From assembly GCA_000004695.1 (NCBI GenBank), contig CM000151.3, positions 6,048,001-6,112,000 of the forward strand: a stretch of DNA of 64,000 bases, in the 5' to 3' direction. The DNA is from Dictyostelium discoideum. Taxonomy: Eukaryota. Below are positions 1 through 11,894 of this stretch, one piece after another. The stretch's first letter is position 1. Every line of letters starts with the position of its first letter. Under the pieces are notes generated by a model. That model saw only the letters and a program-made list of their open reading frames with translations. It did no database searches and had not been told where the DNA came from. Made by a program: the position numbers and the translations under genes.

Positions 1-25
1 TATTATTATTATAGTTTCATTTAAA

Positions 26-491
26 ATGCTAGCAGGTGAAAAAGGTTATATTACAGTGGAAGAGTTTTTATCAATTTTAGAATCAATCTATTCTTCATTA
101 ACAAATTTAACTATTGTAACATGTAATCCACAAGCATTTCTAAAAAGATTATTCCCTGAATTTTCATTTAGTTATCAAAGAAAACAAAAACTATTATTAC
201 AACAACAACAACAATTACAGCAGCAACAACAACAACAACAACAACAGCAGCAACAAAAATCATCATGGTCCTCAACTTCACCTTCACCTTCATCAACTAC
301 TAATTCTCTTAGAAATAGTTTAAGACTATCAAGAGCTATAGATAATAATAATAATCATAATAATCATAACCATAATCATAATAATAGTAATATTAACAAT
401 GAAGATGATTTAAATCTTGATTCAGATTCAGACTCTGATTCATTCCCAACACCATCAACCTCTCCACTTTTATTTAAAATTGGTATAAAAA

Positions 492-531
<40 letters not shown>

Positions 532-545
532 GCAACAACAACAGC

Positions 546-583
<38 letters not shown>

Positions 584-2557
584 GAACAACAGCAACAACA
601 ACAACAAGAAAACCAACAAATAATAAAAGATGAGAATGAAACAGTAGAAAATCAATCACAAGAGATAAAGCAAAAAGAAGATGAAAATCAAAAAGAAGTT
701 GAAAATCAAAAACAAGATTTAAAAAATCAAAAAGAAGAAAAAGAAGAAGAGGAAGAAATAAAGGAACAAAGAAAATTTGAAACCAAAAATGATAATTTTG
801 TTCAAGTTAATACAAAGAAATCAGTTAGAGGTAGTATATTTTTTGCACCATTAGATTCACATGAAAAAATTAATAATATTTCAAGTATTGGTAATCATAG
901 ATCTTTAATTAGAAATAGTAGTAGTAGTGTATTAGATAATAATAGTAATAATAGTAATAATAATAATAATAATAAAAACAATAATGAATCTACAGCAACA
1001 CCAAATACAACTAATTCAACAACACCAATTACATCAGCAACAACATCAACATCATCATCTCCATCATCATCATATAAAAGTCAATCATTACCAGATTTAC
1101 CATCACATATACCAAAAACACCAACAAAATCATCAATTATAAATAATAATAATAATACATCAAAAACAATAACAACTAAATCATCATCATCATTTGAAAA
1201 TGGTTTAAATAATAGTGGAATTGATAATAATTATATTAGTAAAAAAGAAAAAATTGAAAATGATAAAGTTTTTCAATTAAATGGTAGAATTTATTTTAAA
1301 GAATTTAAACAAGCATTATCAGATAATTTATATTTTGTAAAGAGTTTAGGTTTAGTTAATCATTATGAAAATCCATTGATTAGAGAAACTGAGGGTAATG
1401 ATGGTCTATTGGTTAATCATTCATCGAATTGGGTAACATCACAAGGTAAAGATGTATCAATTGGTCATATAAATTGGGAGTTAATTCAATATATTATGAT
1501 TGGTATTAGAAGGTCTGCAGGTGAAGCCATCGTACTAACCAATAGAGCAACATTGAAGCCTAAAGATTTTGAAATGGTTGTTGAATTCAAATATGATGGT
1601 TGGACATTCAAAGATCATTACCCATTAGCATTCAAAAAGATTAGAGAAAGATTAGAAATTGATCCAAAGATGTTTATGTTTTCCTTGGGTCCTGAAAGAG
1701 TGTTTGGTAATTTACTATTAGGCAATCTTTCAGTGTTGAGTGAAATGAACTCTAGTGGTAAAAGTGGCAGTGTTTTCTTTAGATCGACAGAGGGTGATTA
1801 TTTAATTAAAACCATTCCAACACATGAAGAATCAATATTGAAAGCGGTTTTACCAACTTATGTACAGCATTTACAAAAATATCCAAATAGTTTATTAATA
1901 AAGATATTGGGTTGTTATACACTTCAAATAAAGGGTAAAGCAGAGATGAAATTCTTGGTCATGAATAACCTTTTCTTCACTCCATTACCATTGTCTGAGA
2001 AGTACGATTTGAAAGGCTCTGTCATCAATAGAAAAGTTGACAAGAATGATTTACTCTTACCTGATATCGCTTTAAAAGATCAAGAATTTCATAGAATACT
2101 CGATATTGGCCCAGAGTTTAAAGCACCATTATTAGAACAAATCGAACATGATACAATGTTTTTAGAATCTCATAATATCTGTGATTATAGTTTATTGGTT
2201 GGCATTCATACTATAGATGAAAATTCACCATTGGCTCTTTCGGATGATGATGATCCTGATCTTTCAAATGTGGGTGGTGTTAAAAGAGACACTTGGAAAG
2301 TATTGGAAGAAGAATTCTTTAAAAAAACTAGTGGTAAAATCTCTTTATTTCAAAAGAATTTTGGTGGTATCCTTTCAAAAAATAAAAAAGAAGTTTATTT
2401 CATCGCTATCATCGATACTTTTACCGCTTGGGATTGGTGGAAAAAGTCTGAACGTGCCTTAAAATTCTTGGGTAATGATTTAGATAAAATATCTGCTGTT
2501 AATCCAACTGATTATCGAAAAAGATTTCAACATTATGTTTCAAAAATTGTTCAATAA
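26..2557 (+). CDS. Phosphatidylinositol-4-phosphate 5-kinase (PIPK) family protein; 5' end probably lies outside the window
   Basis: 843-aa ORF. The C-terminal half has the PIPK catalytic core (GKSGSVFFRSTEGDYLIKTIPTHEE, MKFLVMNNLF, DYSLLVGIH); the N-terminal half is poly-Q/poly-N/acidic low complexity. The frame stays open back to nt 2, and nt 1-14 end in tattattatag (acceptor-like), so an upstream exon is likely. Confidence 0.8.
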
Positions 2558-3212
2558 ATTTATTATTAAAAAAAAAAAAAATAAAATAAAAAAATAAAAT
2601 AAAAGTTAATAAATTGTTGTATTGCCACCAAAAAAATTTAATTTTATTTATAAAAAAAAATATATATATATATAAATAGATTTTATTTTATTTAAAAGTG
2701 AGGTTGTTTAAAAAAAAAAAAAAAAACAGATACAGATAACTCCTGGTACTATGGTGAATGTATCAATGAGGTTTAATTGTATCAGTTTGTTTTTATTATA
2801 TGTTTATTTAATTGGAAACAACACTACATGATAAATCTAATATGGGATTAAAGATTTATCAAGATCATCTTTATTGCAAGAAAAATTATAAAAAAAAAAA
2901 AAAAATTTAATAAAATGCTAGCAATTTGTTGTTTGAAAGAATTTGTAAATTAGGGGTATAAAAATTATTTTGAGAATACAAATTGGGGGTATTTGTTTCA
3001 TTTATTTTTATTTGTGTGTTTGGAAATAAAAATTTTAAAAATAATAAATAAATAAAATAAAAAATTGAAAAAAAAAAAAAAAAAATGAACATACAATTAA
3101 AGTTAATTATTTAATATTATAAATATATATTTTTTTAATATTATAAATATACATACATATATTTTTTTTTAATATTATAAAAATATATTTAAAAAATTTC
3201 TAAAAAAATAAA

Positions 3213-3875
3213 ATGTGTGGAATTAGTGGTTGGGTAGATTGGTCAAATAAAAATGATTTATTAAAAGAAGTTGCAATAATTCAAAGAATGAATCAAAGTG
3301 TTTATCATAGAGGACCAGAGGAAGGTGGAATTTGGAAATCAAGTGATGCATTATTTGGACATCGTAGATTATGTGTTATTGATGCAGCAGGTGGTAAACA
3401 ACCAATGATTTTTAAAAAAGGTGATAAATCAATTGTATTATGTTTTAATGGGGAATTATATAATTTTCAAGATTTAAGAAATGAATTAATTTCTTTGGGT
3501 AATCAATTTAAAAGTCATTCTGATACTGAAGTAATTCTAATGTCATATATTCAATGGGGTGAACAATGTGTTAAAAAGTTTAACGGAATGTTTGCAGTTG
3601 CAATCTTTGATGAAGAAAACCAAAAATTATTCCTTGCAAGAGATCATCTTGGTGTTAAACCATTATTCTATTGTACTAGAGGTGATTCCATTCTTTTTGG
3701 TTCAGAAATGAAAGTTTTACTAGCAAATAATAAATTGGTTAAAGCAGAAGTTGATAAAGATGGTATTGCTCAATTATTTTATTTGGGTGCATTTCGTACA
3801 CCAGATATTGGTTGTATATTTAAAGATATACATGAAGTATCACCTGGACATTCAATTACATTTAATAAATCATTA

Positions 3876-3939
<64 letters not shown>

Positions 3940-5150
3940 TCTCTTTCACTACAACTGGTCAAAAAGAATATTGGAATTTAAAATGTTTACCACATACTGA
4001 TGATGTTCATCAAACAAGTAAAAAACTTAGAGGATTAATTGAAGGTGCACTTTCAAGACAATTAATATCAGATGTACCAATTACATTTTTATTATCTGGT
4101 GGTTTATCATCTAGTGTATTGGTTTCATTGGCATCATCACTATCGAAATCATCATTTCCTGAACCATGTCCAATTAATGAAACTAGTATTTTGAAAACTT
4201 TTTCATGTGAATTTGAAAATGATGATAAAGATTATAAAGAAGAAATTGAAGGACCAAAAAAACCATGGGTTGAAAAGGTTGTTAAAAATGTTCAAAGTAA
4301 TCATATTTCCACACAATGTAATGTTGATAATTTAATAAATACAATTTCATTACCAATGAAAGCAAGAGATCTTCCAAGTTTTTCAAAATGGGAAACACCA
4401 TTAAGACTAATGCTAAACAAAGTAAAAGATCATGGTGTGGTTTTAATCTCTGATGAAGGTTCTGATGAAATATTCTCTGGTTATGATTGGTTCAAAAAAC
4501 AATCTTCTTTAAATATGGATAGATTACCATGGATTGGCAATATCTATAATAATATCAATCATTTCTTAAAGGATCAAATATTAGAACAAGTTGATTTTAT
4601 GAAATATGGTGAGCAAGTCTATCAAAAAGCCATTAAAAACATGCCAGTGCTACAAGGTGAGGATGAAACTCAAGTAAAACAAAGAGTTGCCTCTTGGTTA
4701 TTTATTAAATACTTTTTAGTATATATGCTTGAACGTGAAGATAGAACATCAATGTCTCAATCATTAGAAGTTCGTGTACCTTATTGTGATTATAATTTGG
4801 TTGAATATTGTTGGAACATACCATACAATATGAAATCAATTGATGATATTGAAAAAGGTATTTTACGTCGTTCAATGGCTCAACAATTACCAAAAGATAT
4901 TTTATATCATACAAAGGATAATTTCCCATTATCAGTTAAAGATACAAATTTCTTTATTTCAGTTTGTAGTCTATTGGAAATTGAATTAAATAATCCATCC
5001 TCACCAATTTTAAATTTTATTAAAAAGGAATCAATTATGGAAATTATTAAAAATAAATATGATGAAAAATATCAAACCTATCAAAATCAAAGTGTTATTG
5101 AACATTTACTTCAAGTAAATACATGGATCATTGATTATAATGTTAAATTT

Positions 5151-5156
<6 letters not shown>
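3213..5156 (+). CDS. Asparagine synthetase (glutamine-hydrolysing) family protein, AsnB-type, intronless
   Basis: 647-aa ORF starting MCGISGW (Cys2 nucleophile of a class-II Gn-amidotransferase). Conserved blocks are HRGPE, GHRRLCVID, FNGELYN, ARDHLGVKPLFY and the synthetase-domain blocks LLSGGLSSS, ISDEGSDEIFSGYDWF, VRVPYCDYNLVEY. There is an internal (AAT)23 poly-Asn insertion. Confidence 0.8.
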
Positions 5157-5185
<29 letters not shown>

Positions 5186-5306
5186 AAATAATAATTACTA
5201 GTTATAAAAATAAATTTAAAATTTTAATATATTTGAAAAATGGAATTAAATAATACATTTAATTAACCATTGAGTTTATTTAATTTTATTATTTTTATAA
5301 ATTGTT

Positions 5307-6202
5307 TTAATGTTGCTTAATTAAAGAGATTTTATCTAATCCTCTTGATTGTTTCAAACCATTATTTGTTAATAAAATGATGCCATCACAATTTCCATCT
5401 TTTGGAATATTAATAATAAAATCATTTTTTTCATTAATATTATTGTTAACACTATCATCATTATTCTCTATTTGAAACTTGTGAGTGATCATTTCATTAA
5501 TTTCATCTGTTTTAAATTCAATCACTGTTTGAGGTTGTACATCTTGTTTTTCAATATTATAAATAATATAAATAAATGTTAGTTTTGAATCTTCAGTTTC
5601 ATTATCTTCGTTTAATGAACTTGAATATTGCTTTGTGTTTTTTTCAATTCTAAAACCTTTTGAAGTTGAATTAAAATCAATATTGAATTGATTTGTTTTT
5701 TTATCCAATAAACTTTGTGTTAACTAAATAAAAACAATAATAAAAATAAAAATAATAAAATATATTAATATTTTATTAAAATCAATTAAATTAATAAATA
5801 TTAAAATTAAAAAAATAATAAATAAATACAAACCTTAATAATTAAATATGAAGCAATTATTCCTATTGAAATAATTGTTACAATAGTGGCTGATAATAAA
5901 ATTAAACCAATTATACTTTTACGAACCCAAATAAAAATTAATGAAAGTAATGTACCTAATAAAACTGAACCAATACCAATTTTATAAGCCATATCTGATC
6001 TATTTAAAATATTTCTACATTCAGTTGCCAATAATTTATATTGGTCAAATGTTAAATAACCTTCTAATTCATTTGGTAATTGAGTTGGTATTATTATTCT
6101 ATCTGAATGGCTACCCTCTTCTAATTTACAATTTTCACAACAACAAGTAGGGAATTTTAAATCTATACATTCTTTTTTTTTATAATTTTTTAATTTTAAC
6201 AA
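5307..6202 (-). CDS. Hypothetical two-TM membrane protein (tandem paralog A); join(6202..5834,5723..5307), 261 aa
   Basis: Exon 1 ends AAG|GTTTGT (phase 0). The 110-nt AT-rich intron ends TATTTAG, and exon 2 continues in the frame of ORF 5307..5708. Two hydrophobic helices sit at the end of exon 1. It is clearly paralogous to the gene at 6662..7659 (IIIPTQLPNELEGYLTFDQYK vs IIIPEQLPDQLKGVLSFKQYK; LDKKTNQFN..EKNTKQY vs LDQKIEQLN..EKKTKQY). Confidence 0.6.
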
Positions 6203-6661
6203 ATAATTTTATAAATTAAATATAAATAAATATAAAAAAAAAAAAAAAAAAAAAAAAAACTATAAATAAATAAAAAAATATAATAAATAAATAAATTAAT
6301 AAATAAAAAAAAAAAAAAAATCAATATTATTATTTGTAAATTAAAAAACCAAAAAAAAAAATAATTTTAATAACAAAAAAAAATTTGTTTGATTTCTTTT
6401 TTAAAAATAAATTTATATTAAAATAAAATAAAAATATTAAAAAAAAAAAAAAATCATCCGACGTGGTGAAAAGTGTGAAAGTCTCACCAAAACCACCACC
6501 CCCCCCCCCACTTACACTAATTTTTCCAAAAAAATAAATAAAAAAAAAATAAAAATTAAAAAAAAAAAAAAAAAAAAAAAACTGTAATTATTTTTAGCAT
6601 ATTTTTGTATGATTTACATTTTATTATACACATATAAAAAAAGTTAACTATATATTAATTT

Positions 6662-7659
6662 TTAATTATCATGGTCATAATTTTTTAGATCTTGTTCTTC
6701 TTGATCTTCTTCTTCATAATCGTTCAAATTATTATGAATTAAAGATGTTTTATCATCAATTACAAGGTTTTCCTTACTTTTACTAGTGATGAGAATAGTT
6801 TTCATTTGAATACCTTGGTAATTGCCACTACTACCACCACCATTATTATTATTATCATCATCGAAATTATTATTTTGATTATTTTCATCAACATCACTAC
6901 AATTTTCATCGGTACCACAGTTACTATGAGATTCATTTGAAAGATTGAGTAATTCCTTTTCATCGATTGAATAATCTTGAGATGGAGAAGCCTCTTCGAT
7001 GATTTCACTATTGTTATCAACATTTGAAGAAGTTGATTGCTCTTCAGAAGAGTTTAGCATTCCATTAGTTGTGTTATTTGAGTTGTAGTGAATATAAATA
7101 TAGGTGAATCTTGAAATTTTATCTGACAAGAAATTTTGAGTGAGACTATCGAAATATTGCTTGGTCTTCTTTTCAAGAATGATTCCTTTTGCGCTATATT
7201 CAGAATTTAATTGTTCAATTTTTTGGTCCAATTGAGGTTGGACAGACTTGTAGTGTATATTTTTAATTTTATTAATAATTATATTTTTTTTTTTTTTTTT
7301 TAAAGGAAAAAAATGTTTAAAAAAACCCTTACCTTTAAAAGCATTGCAGCAAAAGAGAAACCAGTGAATAAAATAAATAAAACGGCTATTGTTAATAAAA
7401 TCAATAATTTTCTATCATTATAAATATTAATATAGAGCAAAGAAATTAAGCTTGCCACAACTACTGTAACTATAATGGATTTATAAGCTTCACTAGTTTT
7501 ATTAATAATATGTCTACAATCTGTGACAATTCTTTTATATTGTTTAAATGATAAAACTCCTTTCAATTGATCTGGTAATTGTTCTGGAATAATTATATCA
7601 TCTGAATAATAACGTGAAAAGAATGAATGTGAATTTGTTGGTACTTTAAATTTAATCAT
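6662..7659 (-). CDS. Hypothetical two-TM membrane protein (tandem paralog B); join(7659..7333,7246..6662), 303 aa
   Basis: Same two-exon structure as paralog A. Donor AAG|GTAAGG, 86-nt intron, acceptor CAAG; exon 2 is in frame with ORF 6662..7231. The acidic, N-rich C-terminal tail is longer than in A. Confidence 0.6.
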
Positions 7660-7934
7660 TGTCTCTGTTATTAATATTGGAATTTTTAAATTTGGATTTT
7701 GATTATTTATGGAAATTGATGAATCTATTTTTTTTTTTTTTAAAATCTATTAATAATTTTTTTTTTTTTTTTTTTTATTAAATCAAAAAAAAAAAAAATT
7801 ATTTATATTTTTGTGGGTGTGTGTTTAGGTGATTAAAGAAGAAGGATGGAAGGAAGGAAGGAAATAAATAAAAAGAAAAAAAAAAAAAAAAAAAAGAAAA
7901 AAAAAAGATTAAAAATAAATTATTTATATTGTTG

Positions 7935-7967
<33 letters not shown>

Positions 7968-8620
7968 TTATTTTTTGAAGAAATCTGGGGAATTTGTGGG
8001 GAGTGCGAAGTGAATTATTGCCAGCTGGCAGTTTTTGGTGCGAAGTGGTGAAATATTTAAACAGAAAATTTATGGCATTGATTATAAAAAAAAAAAAAAA
8101 AAAAAATTTTTTTTTTTGTTTAGCTTTTTATATTAAAAATAAAAAAAAAAAAAAAAAAGAAAAAAAAAAACCAATTTTAAATAAAAAAAAAATAATAAAA
8201 AAAATAAATTTAAATATCTTTAGAGTGAGAGTTTCAGACCAGTCAATCAAATGTCATTCTTTTTTTATTCAATCACAATTATGTCGTGAAAATTTTTTTT
8301 ATTTTTTGTTTTTTTTTTTTTTGCCCTGTTTAATTTTATTTATTTTGATTTTTTGTTTTTTTTAATTTTCTATTTTTCTTCAAAGAAACTGATTATTTTT
8401 TACAAAAAAAGATTTTTTAATTTTTTTTTTTTTAAATTGCGTTCCACATTTAAGTGTTTTTCCCAATACCAATAATTATCTTAATTTATTATTTATATTT
8501 TTTTTTTTTTTTAAAATTTCTTTCATTTTTGTTTTTTTTTTTTTTTTTTTCTTTTCTAAACATTTTTTTTGTGAATCAAAAAAATAAAAAAATAAAAAAT
8601 TAAAATGACTTTTTTTAATT

Positions 8621-8850
8621 ATTATTTTAATTTTAAATTTCTTTTGGTCGAAATGACTGAAAATAAGTTTTTGTGAGTATGATTTTTTTTTTTTTAATTA
8701 TTTTTAATTTTTTATTTTTTTATTTTAGTTTTTAGTTTTTTTTGAAATAATATTTTAATTTTAAATTTCTTTTGATCAAAATGTGAAAATAAGTTTTTGT
8801 GTGTACATTTTAATTATTTTTAATTATTTTTAGTTTTTTTTTTATTTTTT
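8621..8850. repeat. Two copies of a ~95-bp AT-rich direct repeat (period ~123 bp) in the 3' flank of the ABCF gene
   Basis: Copy 1 (8621-8715) and copy 2 (8744-8850) share attttaattttaaatttcttttgRtcRaaatg(act)tgaaaataagtttttgtgWgta...tttttaattatttttaRtttttt. Copy 1 contains ATGACTGAAAATAAGTTTTTGTGAGT (mini-ORF plus GTGAGT); this is disrupted in copy 2. Confidence 0.6.
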
Positions 8851-8869
8851 TTATTTTTTTTTTTTTTTT

Positions 8870-10918
8870 CTAAACAGTTTGAATCTTTTTAAATTTTGAT
8901 CTTGATGGATCATATTTTTTTCCAGTTCTTCTAGTTCTATCTTCTTCATAGGAAGCATAATTACCTTCATGAACGATTACTTGACCATCACCTTCAAATG
9001 CAATAATATGAGTACAAAGACGATCTAAAAAGTAACGATCATGACTAATGATAACAGCACAACCTGGATAATCTTCAATGGCAGTTTCTAAATTACGTAA
9101 TACATCAACATCCAAATCATTGGTAGGTTCATCCAATAATAAAAGATTACAACCTCTTTTAATCATTTTTGCAATATGAACACGATTACGTTCACCACCA
9201 GATAGAGAGCCAATGAATTTATCTTGTTCTGGACCACGGAAATTGAATTGAGAGATGTATTCTCTTACGTGAATTTTATAATTGTCACCCATAACTACAT
9301 CATCGGAGCCATCGGCAACCTCTTCATAGATGGTTTTCTCGTCGTCCATTGAAGCACGTGATTGTGCGACGAACCCCATACGAACGGTTTCACCCACTCT
9401 AATTGAACCGGTCAATGGTTTCAATTCACCAGTCATGATTCTAAAAAGTGTTGATTTACCTGTACCATTTGCACCAATGATACCAACGATTGAACCAGGT
9501 TCAATATCGATATTTAAATTTTTAAATAAAGTTCTACCATCAAATTCCATACTAATATCTTTGGCTTCAAATACTACTCTACCTAAACGTGGACAAGGTG
9601 GAATTGAAATTCTACCTGGTTCTCTGAATTTCTCTGGTGCACTTGCCACCAATTCATTGTATTTATCAATACGAACTTTATTCTTTTTAGTTTGAGCTTT
9701 AACACCACCTTTAAGATACTCCAATTCCTTTTTAATGGCTTTCTTTCTTCCCTCCTCCTTTTTATTCTCCATTGAGAGACGTTGCTCCTTTTGTAATAAC
9801 CAACCCGAGTAATTTCCTTTGAATGGTATGAGTGAACCACGATCAACCTCTAAAATCCAATTGGCGACATTATCTAAAAAGTAACGGTCATGAGTGATTG
9901 CAACCACTGTACCACGGTAGTCATGCAAGAAACGTTCTAACCATGCAACACTTTCTGCATCCAAATGATTTGTTGGTTCATCCAATAGTAATACATCAGG
10001 ATTTGAAATTAGTAAACGTGCCAATGCAACTCTACGTCTTTCACCACCTGACAATGTTGTTACATTACTATCACTTGGTGGGCAATTTAATGCGTCGATT
10101 GCAATTGCAATCTTTCTCTTTAAATCCCAAAGTCTTTCTTCCTCAATAATATCAGCCAATTCATCTCTTCTCTTTTCCAATTGTTTTCTTTCTTGTTTAG
10201 TTAACTCTTCATCTTCATCCTCTAATCTTTCCTCGATCTCTTCATGTTCATCCAATATCTCCTTCTTTTCTGCTACACCATCGAAAATATTCTCCTCAAC
10301 AGTTTTATCTGCATCCAACTCTGGTTCTTGATGAAGGAATCCAACTGTTAATCCTTTTGAATATAATACTTGTCCATCATGTTCCGTATCTTCTTGTGAT
10401 AAAATACGCATAAATGATGATTTACCACTACCATTGGTACCAAGTAAACCAATCTTTGATCCTTCTAAAAATGAAAGTGATATATCTTTTAATAAAATTT
10501 TACCATCATCTAATCTTTTATTAACTCCAACCATTGATAATATAACTTTATCTGTTTGATGTTTATCTGCTCCTGTTTTTTTTTCATTTCCTTTTTTTTT
10601 TGCTTTTTTAAAAAAATAAATTAATATTTAAAATTTTAAAATATTATATATTATATGTATGTGTGAGTGATTTTTAATAAATATTTACTTACTTGAATAT
10701 TGTTGAATTAAACCATATGATAAATTTTTGTTTAATTTTAAATTTTCATTTTTATTATTATTATTATTTAATTGAATTGAATTAACTATACTTTCTTTAT
10801 TATTTAAAGTAGTAATTGAAGTTATTGATTTATTTACATTTGTAATATAACAATATCCATTCTTTGTTGAATTAAGCAAAGATAATGGTTTTCTTAATTT
10901 TGAAAATGATGAAATCAT
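8870..10918 (-). CDS. ABC-F family ATPase (two tandem ABC domains, no TMD), with an N-terminal presequence-like extension; join(10918..10693,10602..8870), ~652 aa
   Basis: The downstream ORF has two Walker A motifs (GTNGSGKSS, GANGTGKST), two ABC signatures (LSGGERRRVALARLL, LSGGERNRVHIAKMI) and a charged linker typical of ABCF. The ORF track starts at an internal Met. The frame stays open upstream through a 90-nt intron (donor TCAA|GTAAGT at 10692, acceptor AAAAAAG at 10603, phase 1). It joins a 75-codon first exon, MISSFSKLRKPLSLLNSTKNGYCY..., that is rich in S/K/R/L. Confidence 0.75.
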
Positions 10919-10990
10919 CCTTTGTTTACATTCGAAAAATAAAAAAAGTAAAAAAAAAAAAAAAGTTGAGCTAAAAAAAATCTAATTTCC

Positions 10991-10991
<1 letters not shown>

Positions 10992-11044
<53 letters not shown>
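10992..11044. repeat. Poly(A) homopolymer (~53 nt) in the ABCF 5' flank
   Basis: Uninterrupted A run read directly from the sequence. Confidence 0.9.
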
Positions 11045-11045
<1 letters not shown>

Positions 11046-11161
11046 GATAAATTAATTATTCGTTTTTTTTAATATTTTATTTTATTTTATTTTATTTTAT
11101 TCTATTTACAATTCGTTTGTTATTTCAGTTATTTATTTATATATATTTTTTTTTTCAATGA

Positions 11162-11427
11162 TTAATTTTTAGTTGATTCATTTGATTCTAAGATTACATT
11201 TGAAATTGCATAATCAGTATCATGAGAAATTGCTAGATGAATTTTATTAATACCCAATTCTTTGAAATATGATTCAGTTGTTTCTAATAAATTTACATAT
11301 GGACGTCCATTTGATTCATTTAAAATTTGAATATTTTGAAAATTTAATTTTGAACGATCTTGATTTCCAATTGCTTTATAAATTGATTCCTTTGCTGCCC
11401 ATCTACCTGCTAAATATTCAAATCCTC

Positions 11428-11476
<49 letters not shown>

Positions 11477-11755
11477 TAATTCACTATTATCGTTATCATC
11501 AATACTTTCTGTTATTGATGCTGTTGGATTTAGTGATTTAAATATTGATATTTCAACTTCATTAAATGCTCTTTTTAAAAATTTATCACCATGTCTTGGA
11601 ATTATCATTAAAAAAAAAAAAAAAATTAATAAAAAAAGGTGGAAAATGATAATAAAATATTTTAATTATTAATTATATTAAAAATACCTTTTAAATGATG
11701 ATTCTAATCTTGATATCTTTACAATATCATTTCCAATACCAAATATCTTATTCAT
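11162..11755 (-). CDS. AcpS-type 4'-phosphopantetheinyl transferase (holo-ACP synthase); join(11755..11688,11594..11162), ~166 aa
   Basis: Exon 1 encodes MNKIFGIGNDIVKISRLESSFKR (canonical AcpS N-terminus, GxGxD). Donor AAAAG|GTATTT, 93-nt intron, acceptor CCAAG; the phase-2 junction gives R-HGDKFLKRAF... Exon 2 has GRWAAKESIYKA and HLAISHD (AcpS motifs 2 and 3) plus an (AAT)n poly-N insert. Confidence 0.8.
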
Positions 11756-11894
11756 TTTTTTATTTTCTTTTTTTTAATTTAAAATCAATTTGAAAACTTT
11801 TTCAATTTTTTTTTTTTTTTTTCATTTCTCATTTTTACATTTTTTTTTTTTTTTTTTTTTAATTTACCTCCAAAACACACACATACATAAAATA
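11756..11894. promoter_or_regulatory. Compact (139-bp) divergent intergenic region shared by the AcpS-type PPTase (-) and TFIIH p34 (+) genes
   Basis: The two start codons (11755 on the minus strand, 11895 on the plus strand) are only 139 bp apart. The region is T/A-rich with a CA-rich stretch cctccaaaacacacacatacata directly 5' of the p34 ATG. Confidence 0.5.

Noticed and set aside
470-659. Minus-strand 61-aa ORFs of poly-Leu/poly-Val overlapping the PIPK gene
   Set aside because: These are reverse-frame translations of the (CAA)n poly-Gln coding repeat. The same artefact explains ORFs 12058..12243, 14941..15315, 16645..16845, 25009..25245, 25386..25769, 24201..24869, 36880..37104, 36884..37120, 47807..48076, 47872..48243, 49776..50162, 49803..50030, 58296..58487 and 58303..58491.
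9330-10149. Three 83-121-aa ORFs (9330..9695 +, 9583..9846 -, 9898..10149 +) inside the ABCF gene
   Set aside because: They are antisense or out-of-frame to a strongly supported ABC-F coding sequence with both Walker A motifs and signature motifs. No independent features.
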